Notes: a model not told the origin generated them from the sequence alone. DNA of 17,528 nt from a bacterium (GCA_030699255.1 JAUYJR010000052.1:1-17528); one strand, 5' to 3'. Shown: positions 9,591-14,916, numbered from the stretch's first letter. Translations and numbers: made by a program.

Positions 9591-9657
9591 AACAAAAACC
9601 GGCTTGGGGCTGTGGGCGCAACAGAGGAGAATGTTGTTGTACCCCCAGCCCCAAACC
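9591..9657 (-). terminator. intrinsic terminator closing the hammerhead/structured-RNA transcription unit
   Basis: On the minus strand GGTTTGGGGCTGGGGG (9657-9642) pairs with CCCACAGCCCCAAGCC (9616-9601). That is 16 positions with one U-G wobble and one mismatch, around a 25-nt loop. GGTTTTTGTT follows (9600-9591). The wobble exists only on the minus strand. Confidence 0.7.
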
Positions 9658-9737
9658 GACAAATGCTTGTGTATCAAAAGTGAACCAATCTCTCCGTTGA
9701 ATTCTCGTTTTGGTTTGCCAAAACAAGAACTCAGTTG

Positions 9738-9799
9738 AGAGGAGAAGTGTGAGTTGAAAGCAGGGTGCGACCTGACTCTAACCACATTTCTCCTATTTG
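9738..9799. repeat. 62-bp direct repeat, copy 1 (self-complementary hairpin)
   Basis: Identical base for base to 10268-10329. A diverged extension runs to about 9819. Confidence 0.95.
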
Positions 9800-10179
9800 C
9801 TTGCCCCTAGGAGGGGCTTGTTGGTGTCCCTACTTTTGGTAGGGACACCGTCCGTTCCATTCAGGAGGCAGATCCTCCTGACAGGATCGGATCGAATCGG
9901 CGGGACGGGGATCATCGCTGTACAGAGTACAGCGATCCCCGTTGCACCGCGGTTGCCGCGGTTGAGGGGGAACGAGTGATTCACGTGATTCGGTGGCCAT
10001 ATGGGCCACCTCCTTCCCCGACCGGGCGAATATTTTGGAATGCCCAGGCCGGCAGAAAAAGAGAAAAACGATTGAGCAATATCAGCCAAGATACAAAATA
10101 TGGGGCTGTATTGCTGTGCAAACAGATACTTCTCTCCTTCTGCCGACCCGAGCGGTGTGTGATGTAAAAGAACTTCAAT

Positions 10180-10271
10180 CTCTGTTTTCGCTCTTTTGAG
10201 CTCATCAGCTCGGACCTCCCGTAAAGCGGGACCCCGTCCCACCACGGGACAGGTACATCCGAGAAACAGAG
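10180..10271 (-). ncRNA. hammerhead self-cleaving ribozyme, type III topology
   Basis: Core CUGAUGA (10208-10202). Stem II GCUC-AAAA-GAGC. GAA (10189-10187). A 7-bp stem III includes the A15.1-U16.1 pair. U17 is at 10264. Stem I is 6-7 bp. Full parse in the findings. Confidence 0.8.
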
Positions 10272-10329
10272 GAGAAGTGTGAGTTGAAAGCAGGGTGCGA
10301 CCTGACTCTAACCACATTTCTCCTATTTG
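10268..10329. repeat. 62-bp direct repeat, copy 2
   Basis: Identical to 9738-9799, a period of 530 bp. A diverged extension runs to about 10350. Its minus-strand 3' edge overlaps stem III of the hammerhead by 4 nt. Confidence 0.95.
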
Positions 10330-10373
10330 TTGACCCCGGTGGAGGGGCTTAGTTTACGCCGAGGCGAAAGAGG

Positions 10374-10658
10374 TCATGACACACGATGGACGCGGATCAC
10401 ATGCTTGTCGCTGACGCCGGCGTTAATGCCGACTTTGTACGCCGAGGCGTACGCGACCAACTCCAGGCGCTCTCCCACCTGGAGGGCGTCGAGCAGTGGG
10501 GTCCACTGCTCCGTCAACGCCTCGACGTTCTTGTCGCTCATGCGCCCTTTGGCGCAAGAGCGAGCGTTTTCGGCCGCAATTGCGGCCAGATGCTCGGCAT
10601 CACTCGGGGCCACGGTCTGAATCTGGCCACCATAGCGACTAACCTCAAATAAATGCAT
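10374..10658 (-). CDS. hypothetical protein, 94 aa (islet ORF)
   Basis: ATG preceded by GAAGGAGGATATC, a strong SD with a 5-nt spacer. G/C-rich third codon positions throughout. I recognise no family. Confidence 0.7.
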   Translation of the reverse strand: MHLFEVSRYGGQIQTVAPSDAEHLAAIAAENARSCAKGRMSDKNVEALTEQWTPLLDALQVGERLELVAYASAYKVGINAGVSDKHVIRVHRVS

Positions 10659-10819
10659 GATATCCTCCTTCTGCCCGGATAACGTTCCGGGCCAACATAT
10701 TTGTCCACAGAAGACCTTTGCAAGATCAACTGCCTCCTGTGGAACAAGGAACCAACAATATACATTGTCTTCTCCTTGCTCCGCAGGATGGATGATATAA
10801 AAGGTACTACTGCTCTATT

Positions 10820-10856
10820 CAGAACAAGCAAACTCTCCTGTTTAAGGAGAGTTTGC
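10820..10856 (-). terminator. terminator/attenuator-like hairpin inside the 5' leader of the 94-aa ORF
   Basis: Minus strand reads GCAAACTCTCC-TTAAACA-GGAGAGTTTGC, an 11-bp perfect stem, followed by TTGTTCTG. It lies about 65-100 nt downstream of promoter P3. Confidence 0.4.
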
Positions 10857-10927
10857 GTCCATTTTCTCTTTATTGGCGCCGGTCTCTCCCCAAACCGGCG
10901 CCATCCATATGCTTGATTGTTAAGGGC

Positions 10928-10955
10928 ATTATATCACACTTTCCAGATTTGTCAA
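10928..10955 (-). promoter_or_regulatory. near-consensus sigma70 promoter P3 (extended -10)
   Basis: Minus strand reads TTGACA (10955-10950), a 16-nt spacer, then TGATATAAT (10936-10928). Confidence 0.65.
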
Positions 10956-11060
10956 GCCCTTTCATTCCCTGTGAAAATCCACTACGTCAATGAACTTTCA
11001 CAGGGAGAGCAGAGAGTAGAAAATAATTCGTGCAGTTTTATTTTCTCTCTCTGCTCTTTG

Positions 11061-11504
11061 TCACACAATAGCGGCGAGTGACGCGCCGAGGAGCTTCTCG
11101 GCAACCTGCCGAGCAAGCTCCTCCAAAGCAGAACCTTCCATGTCCTCCGGCCGGACAAGAAAGTCTGCCTTGGCAAACCCCTTGGCCGGGTCGGTAGTCA
11201 AGTCGAGTGTTACCACTCGACCCTGCCACTCAACCCAGCCATCCACACCATGGTACCGATCGGCGGGGCTGCCGACCGCAGTGTACAGACGGAGCTGGAA
11301 CCAATCTTCCAGCTCCAGCGCCATACACACCGTGGCGTGGAGATCGGAGGCCATCCGTGGGCCAGGATCGGCCGGATCCCACGGCTGGCACTCCCTCACC
11401 AGAGCCAGGGCCTGCCTGTATGGCAGGTACTCCTGGCTCTGGCGCCAGACGCACTCTCCGAGCACCTCGTGCTCAAAGAGCCTTCCAGTGTAACCGTTGC
11501 CCAC
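11061..11504 (-). CDS. hypothetical protein, 147 aa (islet ORF)
   Basis: GTG at 11504 preceded by AAAGGAGGTAAGTTC (SD AGGAGG, 7-nt spacer). Strong G/C bias at third codon positions. The track's start at 11558 lies upstream of the gene's own -10 box. I recognise no family. Confidence 0.7.
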   Translation of the reverse strand: MGNGYTGRLFEHEVLGECVWRQSQEYLPYRQALALVRECQPWDPADPGPRMASDLHATVCMALELEDWFQLRLYTAVGSPADRYHGVDGWVEWQGRVVTLDLTTDPAKGFAKADFLVRPEDMEGSALEELARQVAEKLLGASLAAIV

Positions 11505-11548
11505 GAACTTACCTCCTTTCAAATCAAATTTTGTAGTGATCTGGGAAT

Positions 11549-11577
11549 AGTATATCACAAATATAAAGAAAAGTCAA
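11549..11577 (-). promoter_or_regulatory. near-consensus sigma70 promoter P2 (extended -10)
   Basis: Minus strand reads TTGACT (11577-11572), a 17-nt spacer, then TGATATACT (11557-11549). It shares GGGCTTGAC and GTGATATA with P3. Confidence 0.65.
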
Positions 11578-11602
11578 GCCCCCTTGAGGACCTGACTATA
11601 CG

Positions 11603-11836
11603 CTATTGCCGCGTATTTTTTGGAGGCCAAAGAATCTTTACAACGCATCCTTTCTCCCCTATTGGGGAGCATTTTGGACAGTCAGCACCAAACACTGCTG
11701 TGGCACCAACTGCTCCTTTTCCCATCCTCTCCCGCAACTCCTCCTTTCTTTTGTTACTGAGGAGCTGTGCAAATCTCTCCCATTCCACGGAGTACTCTCC
11801 GCATATGGGACACTGAAAGGTAAAGATGCCCTGCAA
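11603..11836 (-). CDS. small zinc-ribbon protein, 77 aa (islet ORF)
   Basis: Two CxxC pairs (CPIC near the N-terminus, CPKC near the C-terminus). TTG start preceded by AAAGGAG with an 8-nt spacer. Confidence 0.55.
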   Translation of the reverse strand: MQGIFTFQCPICGEYSVEWERFAQLLSNKRKEELRERMGKGAVGATAVFGADCPKCSPIGEKGCVVKILWPPKNTRQ

Positions 11837-11894
11837 GATACCAGCTCCTTTCTCTACAACATGTCTACAACCGTTTTTCCTGGAGCCGAGAGGT

Positions 11895-11922
11895 ATTATA
11901 CATATTATTAAAACTGTGTCAA
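11895..11922 (-). promoter_or_regulatory. consensus sigma70 promoter P1
   Basis: Minus strand reads TTGACA (11922-11917), a 16-nt spacer, then TATAAT (11900-11895). The -35 box overlaps the mrdA TGA stop (11921-11919). Confidence 0.6.
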
Positions 11923-13832
11923 GGACTCGTACGAGAGAAGTATTTCTGAAAAACCTCCCGTACTACGGGGAGTGCTCCCACCTGCCCTTCTAATATATCT
12001 TCCGTAACGATAACAAAGACAATTTCAGGATCCTCATAGGGAGCAAAGGCAACCGTCCACGCATAGAGATAGTCTCTCCCCTGCCCGTCTGTTCTACCTG
12101 TTTGGGCTGTTCCCGTTTTTGCCGCAACCTGCACCGAAAGAGAATTCAGCCAGCCTTGAGCTGATCCCTGAGTTACCGTCTGGCGCATCCCTTGTTGCAC
12201 CGTTTCTATATAGATTTGTGTTCCAATATTATCTTGAATAATTTCAGGCTCTATCTCTTTACTCTCTTTTGTCTCGCTGTCTATGACCTCAGCAACAAAC
12301 CGAGGACGATATATGGTTCCTCCATTTGCAATACCAACAAATGCCGAGGCAATCTGCAAGGGCGTTGCGGCAAACGCGCCCTGCCCAATAGAGAGGTGGT
12401 ACGTACTCCCCAATCTCCAATTTTCGTCAATGGTTGGCAAGGTGCCCCTCCCCTCTCCTGCAATATCAATGCCAGTTTTCTCCCCCAATCCAAATAATTT
12501 GTAGTATTCAAGAATCTTTGTGGGACCCAGTCCTTTTTGATCTTCAAATCCGCCACCCACAATGTAGAAGAATGTGTTAACAGAGTCCGCAATAGCGCGC
12601 TTCACATCGCTCCATCCATGGTATTTATGATCTCGGAAACACTCATCTTGTTCGGCAAATTTGTTCCATATACAGATTTGTTCCGGAGAATAGATGCGCG
12701 TTGCAGGCGTAATAATACCTTCTTCAAGCGCGGCAAGAGCAATAATGGGTTTCATAACAGATCCTGTTGGAAACCCAATTCCTCCCATTGCGCGGTTAAA
12801 TAGCGGATTAAGAGGATTTGCAATGAACAAACTCCATTCCTGCTTTGTAACATTTTTGGAAAACATAGAAGGATCAAAGCTTGGTACGCTTACCATACCA
12901 AGCACTCCTCCTGTTTTTGGATCTAGTGCTACAGCCGACGCTTTCTTTGCTCCCGTCACCTGTAAGACATGTTCAATGGCCTCCCTTATATCTTTCTGGA
13001 GCTGAAGATCAAGATACAGCACCAGACTACTACCCGCAACGGGAAGAACTCTCTCTTCGCTCCGAACGATGGTTCCTCGTGCATCTCTTGTAAATACCTC
13101 CATGCCAGGAATTCCTCTAAGTATTGTTTCATACGACTGCTCAATGCCCATCTTGCCAATTCGATCGGTAACAGAGTAGCCTTTCAGATTCTTTAGCTCT
13201 TCTTGAGAAATTTTTGCCGTATACCCTATTACATGAGCTAAAAGATCTCCCGCCACGTACTCTCGGAAGGTGCTTGAACGCAGTTCACAGCCTTGAAGCC
13301 GATCAGCTCTTGCTTGGGCTGTAACAAGCTCTTCGTGAGAAAGATTATGAATAACCACCATGAGAGGATCTTCGGTTTCATAAAATTCCGTAAGAAGCTC
13401 ATCAAATGGACGATTCGCAATTACGGAGAGTTCTTTAAAGAGCTCCTCTTTTGAGTTACGGGCTCCCGGAACATCTCGCTTGTCGCACACCAGATCAAAT
13501 GCCTGGCGGTTTCGCACCAGCTGAGTCATGGAGCGATCGTATAAAACTCCGCGATCAGCCAGCACAGAAACTCTTCTCAATGTATTATTCTCGGCAAGCG
13601 TTGCAAGCTCTTTGTGAGAAACAATCTGCAACGCAAACACGCGCACGCCAAAGAGAAGCACAATGAGGAGAAAGAAGCAGTACAAGAGGAGAAATATTGT
13701 TCGAGAGAGCGGAGATTCCAGCTTCTTGTCTTGTTCTCCGTTCTCATGCAGAATATCGTGCGGTTCAATATCCTGCATTCCTCCGCGCCTGATTGTTCTA
13801 TGAGAAGATTGAAAAGGAGGAAAGTCGAACAT
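11919..13832 (-). CDS. mrdA: penicillin-binding protein 2 (elongasome transpeptidase)
   Basis: N-terminal TM helix, a PBP dimerisation region, and transpeptidase motifs SxxK (GSVMKP), SxN (DSVNTF) and KTG (AKTGTA). Lies downstream of mreC-mreD. The start could instead be the internal Met at 13778. Confidence 0.85.
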   Translation of the reverse strand: MFDFPPFQSSHRTIRRGGMQDIEPHDILHENGEQDKKLESPLSRTIFLLLYCFFLLIVLLFGVRVFALQIVSHKELATLAENNTLRRVSVLADRGVLYDRSMTQLVRNRQAFDLVCDKRDVPGARNSKEELFKELSVIANRPFDELLTEFYETEDPLMVVIHNLSHEELVTAQARADRLQGCELRSSTFREYVAGDLLAHVIGYTAKISQEELKNLKGYSVTDRIGKMGIEQSYETILRGIPGMEVFTRDARGTIVRSEERVLPVAGSSLVLYLDLQLQKDIREAIEHVLQVTGAKKASAVALDPKTGGVLGMVSVPSFDPSMFSKNVTKQEWSLFIANPLNPLFNRAMGGIGFPTGSVMKPIIALAALEEGIITPATRIYSPEQICIWNKFAEQDECFRDHKYHGWSDVKRAIADSVNTFFYIVGGGFEDQKGLGPTKILEYYKLFGLGEKTGIDIAGEGRGTLPTIDENWRLGSTYHLSIGQGAFAATPLQIASAFVGIANGGTIYRPRFVAEVIDSETKESKEIEPEIIQDNIGTQIYIETVQQGMRQTVTQGSAQGWLNSLSVQVAAKTGTAQTGRTDGQGRDYLYAWTVAFAPYEDPEIVFVIVTEDILEGQVGALPVVREVFQKYFSRTSP

Positions 13833-14112
13833 ATTTGCGTATAAAAAATCTTATACCTAACACCAAGGCAAGCAGAACACCTATCCATATGCCAAAAAAC
13901 GATGAGGAAAAAGTATCAAGAATAACTCCTCCCGCAAGCGCCGCAATAATGTCCGTGGGATACCGTTCATCGGAAAAAAGCGCAATCCCCAGCACAAGCA
14001 AAAGAACAAGATTTGGCGTTACCCCATAGATGGGAAAGTGAGCAAAGAAACTTGACTGAACAAGAAATGCTACACACAGAAGTATTGTTATTCCAATACC
14101 GGTTTTTAGCAT
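13798..14112 (-). CDS. mreD: small polytopic membrane protein, MreD-like
   Basis: 104 aa made almost entirely of TM helices. It starts 3 nt after the mreC stop and sits upstream of mrdA. The call rests on position and hydrophobicity, and the protein is shorter than typical MreD. Confidence 0.5.
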   Translation of the reverse strand: MLKTGIGITILLCVAFLVQSSFFAHFPIYGVTPNLVLLLVLGIALFSDERYPTDIIAALAGGVILDTFSSSFFGIWIGVLLALVLGIRFFIRKYVRLSSFSIFS

Positions 14113-14115
14113 ACG

Positions 14116-14910
14116 CTATTCCACAACAAGAAACAGAAGTTCCAGCGAACGTGGAGAGAAGGTCAAATCAATATGGGCCCGCTGAAAAGACTCCACATCA
14201 ACTTGCTGTGTTTCTCTTACCACGCCAATAAAAAGATTTGGAGGAAGAACACTCCCAATACGATTTGTTACAATAATGTCTCCGGTTTCAATGAGCGCGT
14301 CGGGAGGAAGAAACTCCATGCTTGCTCTCCCCTGCCCCGCACCTTGTACAACTCCCATAACATTTTTTTCCGCAATCCTTGTATCATACGCAAAGTCTTT
14401 ATGGGAAGGCAGAAGTATTGTGGAGGCATGAGGGAAAGCTTCCTTCACCACTCCCACAAATACCCTCCCCGATGTTATTACGGACATACCCGCGTGAACC
14501 CCCTCTTCTCTCCCCTGCCCAATAAGAATCATATCTCCTCCCGGGACAATTCCAATCATATCAACCCTCTGGAGACGAAAATCCTCAGGGAGTCCGTTCC
14601 CAATAGATTGAAGAAGAAGCTCATATTCTCGCTTAATATCTTGCAGAGAGAGAAGCTCCGAAATGAGAAGTGATTGCTCGTCTCTTAAGTATTGAGCCTC
14701 CTTGCTGAGAGCAGAAGGATAGAGAATTCCTTCTGAAAATTGAGCAACAGAAGCTCCGGATTTCCAGAGAAGTGACTGCAAGGGCAAGGAGGCTCGAAAG
14801 GTAACCTCTCGTACCTTTGCAAAAAACATATTTCCTCCAATGAGTAAAAAAAGAAGAGCTAATCCCACACCAATTCCATATTTTTTTAAGAAAATAAATC
14901 TCGTAGACAT
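14116..14910 (-). CDS. mreC: rod shape-determining protein MreC
   Basis: N-terminal TM helix, a coiled-coil region, and a beta-rich C-terminus (GMSVITSGRVFVGVVKE...GDIIVTNRIGSVLPPNLFIGVV). Start moved to the ATG at 14910. The track's start at 14973 lies inside the rRNA terminator hairpin. Confidence 0.8.
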   Translation of the reverse strand: MSTRFIFLKKYGIGVGLALLFLLIGGNMFFAKVREVTFRASLPLQSLLWKSGASVAQFSEGILYPSALSKEAQYLRDEQSLLISELLSLQDIKREYELLLQSIGNGLPEDFRLQRVDMIGIVPGGDMILIGQGREEGVHAGMSVITSGRVFVGVVKEAFPHASTILLPSHKDFAYDTRIAEKNVMGVVQGAGQGRASMEFLPPDALIETGDIIVTNRIGSVLPPNLFIGVVRETQQVDVESFQRAHIDLTFSPRSLELLFLVVE

Positions 14911-14916
14911 TATCGT

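Larger units (their letters stand above)
9591..10263 (-). ncRNA. candidate large structured RNA (5' end set by hammerhead cleavage, 3' end by the terminator)
   Basis: A near-continuous series of perfect or near-perfect helices, listed in the findings. Six G-U wobbles work only on the minus strand. No class was recognised by eye. Confidence 0.5.

Noticed and set aside
9540-9785. 82-aa N-terminal extension of the greA ORF (track ORF 9084..9785).
   Set aside because: The extension begins at a GTG inside repeat copy 1 and runs through a 10-bp hairpin, the intrinsic terminator (9591-9657) and the candidate greA promoter. The GreA homology starts exactly at the Met at 9539.
9738-10329. The two 62-bp repeats read as a CRISPR array.
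   Set aside because: There are only two copies. The repeat is too long and the 468-bp interval is far beyond spacer size. No cas genes are in the window.
9591-10330. Structured region read as tmRNA, RNase P RNA, SRP RNA or 6S RNA.
   Set aside because: I looked for the hallmarks and found none. These were the tRNA-like end with a T-arm GGTTCGAATCC plus a tag ORF, the RNase P P4 strings GGAAAGTCC and ACAGAA-CCGGCTTA, the SRP GGAA/AGCA domain IV, and a single long 6S bubble helix. This was an eye search only and needs a CM scan.
9738-10350. Retrozyme-style release of a monomer by a ribozyme in each direct repeat.
   Set aside because: The hammerhead lies almost entirely outside the duplicated segment, and the cleavage-site context is absent next to copy 1. 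I could not recognise a second self-cleaving motif in the repeat by eye. The idea stays open only as a covariance-model search suggestion.
10538-10831. 97-aa minus-strand ORF, or its 75-aa version from the SD-preceded ATG at 10765.
   Set aside because: The product is Arg-rich and reads out of frame through 120 nt of the better-supported 94-aa ORF. Only the first few codons may matter, as a possible leader ORF, as noted in the leader finding.
11505-11558. 18-codon N-terminal extension of the 165-aa ORF.
   Set aside because: The GTG at 11558 lies upstream of the gene's own -10 box (11549-11557). The AGGAGG SD serves the GTG at 11504.
10327-11816. Plus-strand ORFs in the islet (10327..10620, 10386..10652, 11140..11493, 11207..11536, 11250..11816) and minus-strand 11230..11454 and 11038..11229.
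   Set aside because: High GC suppresses stop codons in all frames. These ORFs lack SD and start-codon context and are P/R/G/S-rich. They overlap the two minus-strand ORFs that do have strong SD and G/C-rich third codon positions.
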